The notes under the pieces are model-generated. The model was not told where the DNA came from. It was given only the letters and a program-made list of their open reading frames with translations, and did no database searches. Positions 24,281 to 33,701 of a stretch of DNA of 64,000 nt are shown here, in pieces; position 1 is the first letter of the stretch; each line of letters begins with the position of its first letter. The DNA comes from Microgenomates group bacterium (GTDB lineage: Bacteria > Patescibacteriota > Microgenomatia > UBA12405). The position numbers and the translations under genes were made by a program. Location of the stretch: assembly GCA_049303675.1 (NCBI GenBank), contig JBAQNJ010000001.1:821443-885442 (forward strand), in the 5' to 3' direction.

Positions 24281-24853
24281 ATGGCAGGTGTTGTCGGGAA
24301 CAAAAAAGATCCCAAAAAACTCCACAAGAGCAACAATTTCAGTAATGAATCCATTGCTGAGAATCAACCGTCTACTATCCCCAGTCCTCACAAGCTAACT
24401 TTACGCGGTATTTTGGGTCTTGGTCAGACTATTGAATTCAATAAAAGCTCAGGTAACACTCATGAGATATTTTCAGGAATAAACCATTTACAACAAGAAC
24501 AAACCGTTCTCTTCGACCAGCGACAAAAAGAGCTGGAAAAATCACTAATCGAACTCCGCGAAGCCATAAAGGGTTTGGCCGATACCACCGACAATCTCGG
24601 AAAAGATGTCCAAAATGTTGTGGTCAGTGAAATAGTCGATGTCTCCGAATATCAGGTTAATTTTTTTGTTCGTGTCCGCAATTTTATTCTCGGGGTAAAA
24701 CAAAGCATTTCCGAGACCAGTCTCTGGGTCCAATCTTTTGCCGCCAAGAAGAAGAAGAGAAACTATTTTTGGAATACCGCCAAAAATAAGAAAAAGGGTG
24801 GCGACGCCTTTATGTTTTCCGACGAATCATCCGTTGCCCGATCTGTAGGCTAA
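24281..24853 (+). CDS. hypothetical protein (190 aa)
   Basis: ORF only; Lys-rich C-terminus. Confidence 0.35.
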   Translation: MAGVVGNKKDPKKLHKSNNFSNESIAENQPSTIPSPHKLTLRGILGLGQTIEFNKSSGNTHEIFSGINHLQQEQTVLFDQRQKELEKSLIELREAIKGLADTTDNLGKDVQNVVVSEIVDVSEYQVNFFVRVRNFILGVKQSISETSLWVQSFAAKKKKRNYFWNTAKNKKKGGDAFMFSDESSVARSVG

Positions 24854-24858
24854 ATAAT

Positions 24859-25062
24859 ATGAATATAAGATTTGATCCCATCGAAAAAATGCTATCAGAA
24901 GTAAACCTAGCATTCAACCAAAGAAAAGTAGTAATGAAAAAGTTAGAAGGTATACCACTCACCGAGGGACAAAAAGACAAGATAGATGCCGCCGAGCAAA
25001 AAATAGAGGATAAAATAATTAAACCCTTAGAAGAGGTACTGAACGCCGTTCATAGTAACTGA
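24859..25062 (+). CDS. hypothetical small protein (67 aa)
   Basis: ORF only; tandem with a similar-sized ORF. Confidence 0.3.
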   Translation: MNIRFDPIEKMLSEVNLAFNQRKVVMKKLEGIPLTEGQKDKIDAAEQKIEDKIIKPLEEVLNAVHSN

Positions 25063-25073
25063 GCTATCAAAAT

Positions 25074-25280
25074 ATGAATGAATTAAATACATCTGAAAAA
25101 AGCCTGATGATATTAAACCGTGTAATGAATATCAGACGAGAAATCAATATCGTTTTTGATGATAACCAACAAAATTTAACCCAAGACAACATTACTGAGT
25201 TTGAATTATTAGACCAAATCATTGAAACAAATCTAATTCTACCTCTAACTCAAAGATATAGTTCACTAAACTCCAACTAA
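25074..25280 (+). CDS. hypothetical small protein (68 aa)
   Basis: ORF only. Confidence 0.3.
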   Translation: MNELNTSEKSLMILNRVMNIRREINIVFDDNQQNLTQDNITEFELLDQIIETNLILPLTQRYSSLNSN

Positions 25281-25320
25281 AGATTTTTATTTTACCTATT
25301 TTTGCTATAATCCCATCTAC

Positions 25321-25394
25321 GAGTCTATAGCTCAGTTGGCTAGAGCGTCTCATTGACATTGAGAAGGTCAGAGGTTCAAGTCCTCTTAGACTCA
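25321..25394 (+). tRNA. tRNA-Val (anticodon GAC)
   Basis: GAGTCTATAGCTCAGTTGGCTAGAGCGTCTCA-TTGACAT-TGAGA AGGTC AGAGGTTCAAGTCCTCTTAGACTCA. Confidence 0.85.
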
Positions 25395-27063
25395 CTAGAG
25401 AATACATCGGGTAGTTTATACACCTTTGTGAATATCGGATTTAGCGTATAGTTGGTAACTTTCTTATCTTTAATAGTAAAGTTCAAGAACACTTTTCTTA
25501 GTATAAAATCTAGCTGTCTCAGTGCCTTAGCTTTTTCCACTTCCTGTGGGATAATCTTTACTAGTTCAAGAAATTCATCAAAGGTCTTTGGAATCCGTTT
25601 TGATATCTCTAATTCATACCGAACTCTTTTTAATTCACCTTTGACTTCTGCCAGCCTATCTTCCATTTTAGTCAAATCACCTTCATAACTTTCAACCAAT
25701 CTCCTTTTATCACGCTGTTTCTCGTACCGCAAAATGTACTGCCTAATTGTCAATGCCTGTTTCTCTTTTTGACTTTCCTCAGCCGAAAGCGATCGTCTCA
25801 TACTATCCAATTCTTTAATTTTTTCCTCAGATGCCACCTTAAATTCCTTTTTGTATTCCTCATATCCCTCCTCGACTTTTATTGTAGCCCTCTTTAACAA
25901 ATCAGTAGCAAAATTCACCACTACTTTTGCCCGAACTGACTTATTGTGAAAAATGCAACCCTCTGTTTCGCAACGGAAATAAAATCGATTTACTTTTTGT
26001 TTTGTATGATGGGAAATCCCTGTCGACATTTCCTCTCCACAGTACCCACAAACAACTCTCTGCCTAAGCAAGTCCGCCTTTACAGTCCCGCCTCTTCTCG
26101 CCACAAATGCACCCCCGACCTTACCACCATTTACTTGTAAAAATTGGTCAGGTGTAACCATTGGTCGAAAATCATAAAAATCACCCAAGATACAAACCCT
26201 TGGGATGTTTTCTCCATAACTTAAGACTCCCTCATAAATTGGATTCTTTAACATCCTTGACACCATCTGTTTATCAAAGACACACAACTGATGTTTACCT
26301 CCACCAGTACCAACGGCCATTTTATATTTTTTACTATTCAAATATTCGGCAATTTCTTTCTCTCCTGTTTTGTCCAATCTCATAAACCATGCCTGTTTAA
26401 TATATGCCCAATATTTATCATCTGGCCTCAAAAATCCATTCGCATCCTTATAGTAACCATGTTTCGTTCGATTCAACTGTTTCCCTTTTTTAAGAGCATT
26501 ATTAATGCCTCTTATAACCGATTCTGAAAGATGGTCAGTATATTGTTTAGCCATTACAAACAACATCCCCAACAAAGTTTTGCCTGAAGGATTGTTCTCA
26601 AACTTAACTGTTTTGAATTGTAAATCTTTAATGATTCCCCGATCCAACAAATCAATAATTTCCCCCGCCTCCTTCAAGTTCCGACTTAGCCTGTCAGGGT
26701 GCCAAGATATAATACCGTCAATCTACCCGCCTTAATATCTTCAAGCATTTTCGAAAATAACGGTCTAATACCCGATTCTTTAGCCGACTCTGATTCCTGA
26801 ATTATTCTCTCGTCTTCCTTCCCTGAAATTAGCTTCAAATCCCTATCTTTTACTATTTCCAAACATTCCTCTACTTGAGCTGGTAGCGACTCCACCTGAT
26901 TATCTTTCTCGTCTGTCGACTTACGGGCATAAATCACATACCTAAAACTGTTTGGGTCAATTTTTTCTAACCTAGCGTTCATTATCTCACCAATTTCCTG
27001 AGCCAACTCCACCACTGTCATTGCTCCCTGTTTTTCCCCTATAGTATTATTTTCATTATTCAC
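25376..27063 (-). pseudogene. large serine recombinase (resolvase catalytic domain, recombinase domain, zinc ribbon, coiled coil) interrupted by a -1 frameshift at ~26722-26724
   Basis: N-terminal ORF 26686..27063 has 'YARKSTDE...'; C-terminal ORF 25376..26677 (TTG start) has the recombinase domain and Cys4 ribbon ('CGYCG...C..C'). My hand translation shows the conserved '...KAGR|IDGIISWHPDRLSRN' motif split between two frames; the 3' end overlaps tRNA-Val by 19 nt. Confidence 0.7.
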
Positions 27064-27320
27064 TAAATCAGTATAAAACTCCTACTCACCTAAATCAAAG
27101 ATTCGCCAGCGAAAGCTAAAAGTCGTCTCAGTACCCACAACAGACCATCTCCATCACATCACCAAAACCCATAGGTCTAACATAAATATAATTTCCCATA
27201 CTAATATCACCACGCGAAATATCCTCAATTGCAGTGGCAATATTTTCATTCGCCTAGCGAATCCTATTAGAGAAAACACACAAATCGGTCTCTAATTCTG
27301 CGACCCAAAATTATTATCTT

Positions 27321-27944
27321 CTATTTCCCTTTCCCTTTATCTCCACGTCTTTTTAATCCAGATGTATTTGGCGTTACCCTCCATCCCATAATTGAACCAT
27401 CAACTGCACTTAAATCAAAGGGGGGATTGCTCCCGTCAGGAGTCACGTCGGAAAGTAGAGTCAACTCTCCATTTTTTTTACCAACACACGTCAAGTGTAA
27501 ATTTGTCTGACCAGCTTCATCCTCAACTGTACAAAGGGCTAAATACCTGCCCCCCGCATCAATCGTTTTATCTATTTCCGCAATTGTACAATCTTCAAAA
27601 ATAAACTTGTGATCTCTTAAGCCCATGCCAAAATCCGTATCAGTTTTTCTCATCCTACCAATATACTGATGTATTTTTCCGATCTCGGTGTCTAGTTCTG
27701 GAAACTCACCTTCTAAACTTTTTATCTCACTTACCGCCATACCTCTCTCCAAAAGTGTTTTTCGTGTTGACATCAAGTTAGCAGCCCCCTTTAACATATC
27801 CCCATACCTTTCAACAATAGAGTCAGTATCTGGTTGAACTCCCACCGCAGTACCTAATGCCTTTGGCACACAAGCTTTTTCGGTTGCCCTTTGAAGAATT
27901 GATCCCTTCCCTAAATTTTCAATAAAAACCTTGGTACTTACCAT
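27321..27944 (-). CDS. hypothetical protein (207 aa)
   Basis: ORF only; Lys/Gly-rich C-terminal tail. Confidence 0.4.
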   Translation of the reverse strand: MVSTKVFIENLGKGSILQRATEKACVPKALGTAVGVQPDTDSIVERYGDMLKGAANLMSTRKTLLERGMAVSEIKSLEGEFPELDTEIGKIHQYIGRMRKTDTDFGMGLRDHKFIFEDCTIAEIDKTIDAGGRYLALCTVEDEAGQTNLHLTCVGKKNGELTLLSDVTPDGSNPPFDLSAVDGSIMGWRVTPNTSGLKRRGDKGKGK

Positions 27945-28054
27945 ATAGTATTATATCATAAAGTCCTATAACATTTCATGATCTCCATAAAATAGGCCTG
28001 GCTAAAAAACTCAACGGCAAACCACATTCAATATTTAGACCAATTACTCATGCA

Positions 28055-28375
28055 TCAGAAAGCATCTGTTACACCAACAGATAAAATTGTTGGAATTTTG
28101 TTTACAGGGGGAACAGGTAAAGGGGGAGAGATTGGGGTAACTTTTGGAACCCTTGGCACAGGCTTAACTGAATATAATGCCCTTAAAATGTAGTCTCCGT
28201 CCAAATAACCCCTATAATCTCCAGATCTGTCCCAAACCAAATTCCCTTCTATCCATCCCAAATATTCACCATCTCTAGAAAACAAATAGTCTCCTTGTAT
28301 AAAACCTAAATAAATTCCATTTGATTTAAAAATATATTTCATATTATATGTTTTCCTTTCTGATAAGGGCTTCAA
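28055..28375 (-). CDS. repeat protein with ~4 copies of an 11-12-aa 'G-x-Y-L-G-x-I-x-G' motif and a Pro-rich C-terminus
   Basis: 'NGIYLGFIQGDYLFSRDGEYLGWIEGNLVWDRSGDYRGYLDGDYIL'; overlaps the upstream protease gene by 32 nt. Confidence 0.4.
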   Translation of the reverse strand: MKPLSERKTYNMKYIFKSNGIYLGFIQGDYLFSRDGEYLGWIEGNLVWDRSGDYRGYLDGDYILRALYSVKPVPRVPKVTPISPPLPVPPVNKIPTILSVGVTDAF

Positions 28376-29060
28376 CTTTTATCTCAGGCTCCGAATGTGA
28401 GGGAATATATGCACATGGAACAGCATAGCCTATCCCCAATTGTAGATTATCTATGATAGCTCTATATATTGAAATTGTGTCAACTCCCCAAACAGAAGAT
28501 GCCCCATTTGGCATTCTTTCAACCATGGTCAACAAATTAGATTGTTCACGCCTCTTTGCATTGATCACACCAATGACATTACCATCTGAATTCATTAGGG
28601 GGCAACCACTATTTCCGCCATTAACTGTACCGTCTACTAAGTAGTTTGTAATTCCAGCAGCATCCTTAATTATTGCAGCTAATATACCCTGATGAGTGGT
28701 TAAGGAAAATAAATCAAGTGGAAAACCAGAATAAATAACAGTCATCCCTTCAGAAATATTTTCTGCACTAGCCTGCATGAGTGGCATGTGGGAATCATCT
28801 GTAACCTGCAATAATGCAAGATCGTGCTCTTCATCTCTCAATAAAATCTTCGCTGGTTTTGGATCCTGTTCATCAGAAAACTTAACCAACGCCGCACCCC
28901 CGCCAGTATTTGACACAACATGATTACAAGTAACAATAATTCCTGGCCTATGAAAAACAAAACCACTACCCTTACTTTTAGTTCTATTACTTTCATCAAC
29001 TATCAGTACCAAAACAACACTCGGCTTAATTTTTGCAACCACGGAAGAGAAACCATTCAT
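28344..29060 (-). CDS. trypsin-like serine protease domain protein (S1 family)
   Basis: catalytic triad context: 'VTCNHVV' (His), 'HDLALLQV' (Asp), 'GNSGCPLMNSDGNVIGV' (Ser). Confidence 0.7.
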   Translation of the reverse strand: MNGFSSVVAKIKPSVVLVLIVDESNRTKSKGSGFVFHRPGIIVTCNHVVSNTGGGAALVKFSDEQDPKPAKILLRDEEHDLALLQVTDDSHMPLMQASAENISEGMTVIYSGFPLDLFSLTTHQGILAAIIKDAAGITNYLVDGTVNGGNSGCPLMNSDGNVIGVINAKRREQSNLLTMVERMPNGASSVWGVDTISIYRAIIDNLQLGIGYAVPCAYIPSHSEPEIKVEALIRKENI

Positions 29061-29313
29061 CAGACTTATGATATCACCTCATTGTGGTTTTTAAACTTGT
29101 TTGACCGTTATATAAAATGGATAAAAATGATATAGGATAAGTTTTTGGACCAAGTTCCGTTTTCAGTCAAACCCCTACGGTACCCCGACGGCACCCGCCA
29201 CATAGATTTTAGGAAGAGGGAAGTGGTCTAACTAGTTTTTACTACCCCAACCATCCACCATACCTCATTTAGCTTCAAACAATGCAAAACGACTCACTAA
29301 TGAGCCATTACCT

Positions 29314-29592
29314 TTACCCAAACATAGTTGGTATATAGCTGTTACCTAGTTCAAGAAACTTTATGTTATTGATTATGCCTTCTTCTTTTAGGTCAACAAC
29401 TACGCCACCTACGCCAAAAACTTGACCTGTCTTCAAACCATCACCACTGGACATTCCGCCACCAGTACCACTTAAAGTTGTTTTGATTTCATATAAGTTT
29501 AATTTATCGATAAGTTCGTACAAATCATTACTTTGATACATTTGTTTATTGATTAATCTACTAACTCCCCGATTATAACACCACTGGTGCAA
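29314..29592 (-). CDS. hypothetical Gly-rich small protein (92 aa)
   Basis: ORF only. Confidence 0.3.
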   Translation of the reverse strand: MHQWCYNRGVSRLINKQMYQSNDLYELIDKLNLYEIKTTLSGTGGGMSSGDGLKTGQVFGVGGVVVDLKEEGIINNIKFLELGNSYIPTMFG

Positions 29593-29739
29593 ACTGATTT
29601 TCTAGCTCTTTATAGCCACCACTGATATAATCAGACAGGCTGATATTAAACTCTTCCACTTTTTCTAGGTTACTAAAAGCAAAATTAAAAAGTTCAAGAA
29701 CAGTATCATTACCCTCACTGAACCTAATCTAGAATTGCT

Positions 29740-29815
29740 AGAGCGGTCCGAAAGCTTTCGGACAGGTCAGAGGGAAGTTTATCCACCTGTGACGGAAGCC
29801 CTGTCAGATTCACAA
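29740..29815 (+). ncRNA. candidate structured RNA / leader: perfect palindrome GGTCCGAAAGCTTTCGGACAGG followed by CAGG...CCTG and GACAGG...CCTGTC pairings
   Basis: read directly; lies 5' of a small ORF whose annotated ATG (29735) is inside the structure; no T-run after the first hairpin. Confidence 0.3.
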
Positions 29816-29818
29816 AAT

Positions 29819-30064
29819 ATGCCTAAAAGAAACTTATCGTTACAATTCGAATGTGGAGAGGTAGTGTCAGGAGAACTAATAACCGGCACCGAAATTCAAT
29901 ACGGTATTGGTGGAATTTATAGACGAAGTCAACTACTAAACACTTACTTATCTCACACAGAAGTACACCAAGCTGAAATAGCAACAATACTAGATGGGGA
30001 AACTCCCATTGGAACAGTAACTCGTACTATCGGTGGTGCAAACTTTAGTTTCACCACTACCTAG
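29819..30064 (+). CDS. hypothetical small protein (81 aa)
   Basis: ORF 29735..30064 trimmed to the internal Met after the palindrome; followed by a strong terminator. Confidence 0.35.
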   Translation: MPKRNLSLQFECGEVVSGELITGTEIQYGIGGIYRRSQLLNTYLSHTEVHQAEIATILDGETPIGTVTRTIGGANFSFTTT

Positions 30065-30085
30065 CCCATTCGTGGGTAGTTTTTG
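30063..30085 (+). terminator. rho-independent terminator (CCCATTCGTGGG + TTTTT)
   Basis: read directly. Confidence 0.6.
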
Positions 30086-30139
30086 TATCCACTAACTGGG
30101 CCATCCGATTTCTTCTTATTTATTCTATAATATTCCTAT

Positions 30140-31930
30140 ATGTCACAAAATGACGCCTTACAACACAATGACGACAATCTCTACAAAATCCGCCATAGCG
30201 CCGAGCATATCCTGACGGAGGCCATGCAGCGAGTTTTTGGCGCCGACAAGTTTTTTATGGCCATGGGGCCAGCCACCGATGATGGTTTTTATTTTGATTT
30301 CGAACCACTTGGCGATTTCAAAATTTCTGAAACAGATTTTCCGGCAATTGAAGCCGAAATGACTAAAATAGTCAAAGAAAATTTACCTATAGTTAGGTCC
30401 GAAATTAGTCTAGAAGAAGCCAAAAAAATGTTTGTCAATAATCCTTATAAAATGGAATGGCTCGAGTCAATTAAGGACCGCGATGAAGTTATTTCGATTT
30501 ATAAAACCGGCGACGAATTTGTCGATCTTTGTGCCGGCCCTCATGTCAATTACACCGCCAAAGTCAAGGCCTTTAAACTACTCTCTATCGCCGGTGCCTA
30601 TTGGCACGGCGATGAAAAAAACAAAATGCTCACCCGTATCTACGGCACCGCCTTTGAGAATAAAGAAGAGTTGGCCAAATTCGTCACCAATCTCGAAGAA
30701 GCCCACAAAAGAGACCATCGAAAATTGGGTAAAGAACTAGGTCTATTCACTTTTTCTGAATTAATTGGTAGTGGATTGCCACTTTATACTCCCAAAGGGG
30801 CTCTGATCAGGCTAGCTGTCAATAATTACGTCGAAGAAACCCAAAAAAAACAAGGTTATACTCAAGTTTGGACACCTCAAATAGCCAAGGCTAAGCTGTT
30901 TCAAGTCTCTGGTCACTATGACAAATACAAAGACAGCATGTTTAGAGTGGTCAGCAACTATTCCGATGAAGAATTTTTTCTCAAGCCAATGAATTGTCCC
31001 CAGCATACCCAAATATATGCCTCAGAGGCCCATAGCTATCGTGATTTACCACTTCGCTTTGCCGATTTTGCCATGCTATATCGAGATGAAAAACCTGGGG
31101 AATTAAATGGCCTAGCTCGAGTCCGTGCCTTTTCCCAAGACGACTGTCATATTTTTTGTCGTGAAGATCAAGTCGACGCCGAAATTGATATGGCTCTACA
31201 AATGACCAAAGAAATTATGGGGACTTTTGGACTCAAGTATAAATATCGCCTGTCCACCCGCGATCCCTCTCATCCTGAAAAATATTTAGGTGACCCAAAA
31301 ATTTGGGATAAGGTAGAAAAATGGGCTGTCGATATTATGAAGCGCAATCATATTGAATATTTTGATGGCCCAGGTGAAGCCGCTTTCTATGCTCCCAAAA
31401 TGGACTTAATCGCCACCGATGCTCTTGGTCGAGAATGGCAATTATCTACAGTTCAAATCGATTATGTCATGCCCGAAAGATTTGGTCTAGAATACACCGC
31501 TGCCGATGGCACCAAGCAGCGTCCTATCATGCTCCACCGAGCTATCGTTGGCTCACCCGAGCGTTTTATGATGATCATGATTGAACATTTCGCTGGTGCA
31601 TTTCCAGTTTGGCTATCCCCAGTCCAAGCTAAAATTATTCCTATTACCGATGCCCAGCATGGGTATGCACGGACTGTCGAAGCAGAATTAAGAGCAAGCA
31701 ACATTAGGGTAGAAATTGACGATCGCTCCGAAAAAATGCAGGCCAAAATTCGCGATGCCCAGATGCAAAAGATTCCCTTTATGCTGGTTATTGGTGGCCG
31801 CGAAGCCGACTCTGACTCTGTGGCTGTCCGTCAACGCGACGGCCAAGACCTCGGCGCTGTCAAAGTTGATCAATTTTTATCCCAAATTAAGGATTTAATT
31901 AACACAAAGTCTCTTAATCTGATAAAATAA
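30140..31930 (+). CDS. thrS: threonyl-tRNA synthetase
   Basis: class II aaRS core, 'HRKLGKELGLF', C-terminal anticodon-binding domain; 596 aa (no N-terminal TGS domain). Confidence 0.9.
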   Translation: MSQNDALQHNDDNLYKIRHSAEHILTEAMQRVFGADKFFMAMGPATDDGFYFDFEPLGDFKISETDFPAIEAEMTKIVKENLPIVRSEISLEEAKKMFVNNPYKMEWLESIKDRDEVISIYKTGDEFVDLCAGPHVNYTAKVKAFKLLSIAGAYWHGDEKNKMLTRIYGTAFENKEELAKFVTNLEEAHKRDHRKLGKELGLFTFSELIGSGLPLYTPKGALIRLAVNNYVEETQKKQGYTQVWTPQIAKAKLFQVSGHYDKYKDSMFRVVSNYSDEEFFLKPMNCPQHTQIYASEAHSYRDLPLRFADFAMLYRDEKPGELNGLARVRAFSQDDCHIFCREDQVDAEIDMALQMTKEIMGTFGLKYKYRLSTRDPSHPEKYLGDPKIWDKVEKWAVDIMKRNHIEYFDGPGEAAFYAPKMDLIATDALGREWQLSTVQIDYVMPERFGLEYTAADGTKQRPIMLHRAIVGSPERFMMIMIEHFAGAFPVWLSPVQAKIIPITDAQHGYARTVEAELRASNIRVEIDDRSEKMQAKIRDAQMQKIPFMLVIGGREADSDSVAVRQRDGQDLGAVKVDQFLSQIKDLINTKSLNLIK

Positions 31931-31937
31931 CTAATTC

Positions 31938-32483
31938 ATGGCTACTTATCGAAATCAAAATCAAAACAAAAAGTTTTATCGTATTAATCAGTATATTCAG
32001 GCAACTGAAGTCCGCCTGATCGACGAAGAAGCCAAACAAATTGGCGTACTGTCTATTTCCGAGGCTCGCAAAATGGCTGCCGAAACCGGCCTCGACCTAG
32101 TCGAAGTCGCCCCCATGGCCAAACCACCAGTTGTCAAACTCATTGAGTTCACCAAGTTCAAATATCAAGAAGCCAAAAAGATGAAAGCCGAGAAAAAGGG
32201 GATTCAAGGTGGCCAAATGAAAGAGATTCAAATGACACCTTTTATTAGTGACAACGATTACGATACCGGAATCAAAAAATCCATCAAATTTTTGACTACT
32301 GGAAATAAAGTCCGTCTTAATATAAAATTCCAAGGTCGCCAGATTCAACGAAAAGAGTTTGGCTATGATTTAATCGAAAGATACAAAAAAGATCTTCTCG
32401 ATTATGGTTCACCCGAAGGGGAAGCCAAACTAATGGGCAAGAGGTTGCAATTCATGCTAACCCCCACCAAAAAAAAACAATAA
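31938..32483 (+). CDS. infC: translation initiation factor IF-3
   Basis: 'INQYIQATEVRLIDEEAKQIGVLSISEARKMAAETGLDLVEVAP...PVVKLIEF'. Confidence 0.9.
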   Translation: MATYRNQNQNKKFYRINQYIQATEVRLIDEEAKQIGVLSISEARKMAAETGLDLVEVAPMAKPPVVKLIEFTKFKYQEAKKMKAEKKGIQGGQMKEIQMTPFISDNDYDTGIKKSIKFLTTGNKVRLNIKFQGRQIQRKEFGYDLIERYKKDLLDYGSPEGEAKLMGKRLQFMLTPTKKKQ

Positions 32484-32487
32484 ATAT

Positions 32488-32697
32488 ATGAAAAAACCAA
32501 GCAAACGCTATCGTATCCGCAAATCAGTTAGTAGCCGATTTGAAGTCACCAAAAATGGTGTAGTTTTACGCGAATCTTCATTCCATCGTCATCTTCGTCG
32601 CACCAAGAGCAAAAAACAACTCCGTCGCTTAAAGGGCAAGCACCATGTCTTGGGTCGTTTTGCATTAAAAGTTAAGCGAATGCTAGGATTTAGATAG
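32488..32697 (+). CDS. rpmI: 50S ribosomal protein L35
   Basis: 69-aa basic protein in the conserved infC-rpmI-rplT position. Confidence 0.8.
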   Translation: MKKPSKRYRIRKSVSSRFEVTKNGVVLRESSFHRHLRRTKSKKQLRRLKGKHHVLGRFALKVKRMLGFR

Positions 32698-32737
32698 CTT
32701 TACAAACTTTAAACTTTATAACTTTATAAACTAATAT

Positions 32738-33079
32738 ATGCGCGTTAAAACTGGAATAGTCCGTCACCAACATCACAAAAAAGTCCTAGAGGCAGCCAAG
32801 GGTTTTTGGATGACTCGTCACAAGAGATACAAGGTAGCTCACCAAGCAGTCATGCATTCTGGCAATTACGCCTACGAAGGTCGACGTATTCGCCGTCGTG
32901 ATATGCGTCGATTGTGGATTGTCCGTCTCAACGCTGCTCTCAAGCCATTTGAAGTCCGCTACTCCACTTTCATTAATTTAATGAAAACCAAAAAAGTTGA
33001 TCTCAATCGTAAAATGCTCACCGAGATTGCTATCCAATATCCTGATACTTTCAAATCCATCGTCGCCTTTATAAAATAG
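32738..33079 (+). CDS. rplT: 50S ribosomal protein L20
   Basis: 'MRVKTGIVRHQHHKKVLEAAKGFW...RRDMRRLWIVRLNAA' L20 signature. Confidence 0.9.
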   Translation: MRVKTGIVRHQHHKKVLEAAKGFWMTRHKRYKVAHQAVMHSGNYAYEGRRIRRRDMRRLWIVRLNAALKPFEVRYSTFINLMKTKKVDLNRKMLTEIAIQYPDTFKSIVAFIK

Positions 33080-33104
33080 GGTACGGGGATTCACTTAAAT
33101 TTTT

Positions 33105-33139
33105 AAGCTCTCCGATAGCTATCGGAGAGCTTTTGTTTT
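33105..33139 (+). terminator. rho-independent terminator (perfect 12-bp-stem hairpin AAGCTCTCCGATAGCTATCGGAGAGCTT + TTTGTTTT) abutting the pheS-fragment ATG
   Basis: read directly; no SD sequence between the hairpin and the ATG at 33140. Confidence 0.65.
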
Positions 33140-33640
33140 ATGCAACTAGAAGAAATAAAAAAAGAAATAGAAAAATGTTCAACGGCAGCTGATTTGGAAA
33201 ATATTCGTATAAAATATCTAGGTAGAACTGGTCTAATTAATGCCGAATTTTCCAAAATAAAGTCTGCCCCAGACCATAAACTTTTTGGTATAGAGTTAAA
33301 TGAATTAAAAAAATCAGTTGAAGAATTAATCGAAACAAAAAATTCTTCCCTTGGTCACGAAATAAAATCAATCAAAAAAAATATATCAGTAGCTTCAATA
33401 AAAAAAATCGGACATTTACATCCTTTAACAATAACTGAGCGTCAACTCAACGAAGTTTTCCGCAAACTAGGCTTCTCCATCTACAATTCTCCTGAGATTG
33501 TCACTGATGAGTACAATTTTGAGCGCCTGAATGTCCCCAAAAATTACCCTGCCCGTGACATGAAAGAGATTGGACCCATTACAATTATCAAAGTTGAAAT
33601 AGCAGATAATATCTCGACAATATTTTACGAATTAAAATAA
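33140..33640 (+). pseudogene. pheS: phenylalanyl-tRNA synthetase alpha subunit, N-terminal 141 codons only (homology ends after 'NYPARDM' at ~33563; tail is unrelated)
   Basis: 'LENIRIKYLGRTGLIN' and 'GHLHPLTITERQLNEVFRKLGFSIYNSPEIVTDEYNFERLNVPKNYPARDM' align to PheS residues ~25-155; the catalytic core and pheT are absent from the window. Confidence 0.7.
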
Positions 33641-33701
33641 TTTACATAATATAAGTTATTGACCGATTTCATCATTGATAGAGTATAATTCCACCAGCTA
33701 A

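Larger units (their letters stand above)
25321..30100. mobile_element. putative degraded integrative element at tRNA-Val(GAC), extent approximate (recombinase pseudogene, protease, repeat protein, hypotheticals)
   Basis: a recombinase gene overlaps the tRNA 3' end; core genes (tig, thrS) flank it; no att duplication located. Confidence 0.35.

Noticed and set aside
26722-26724. Interpreting the recombinase frameshift as definitely biological
   Set aside because: A single-base assembly error cannot be excluded from sequence alone. Reported as a pseudogene with that caveat.
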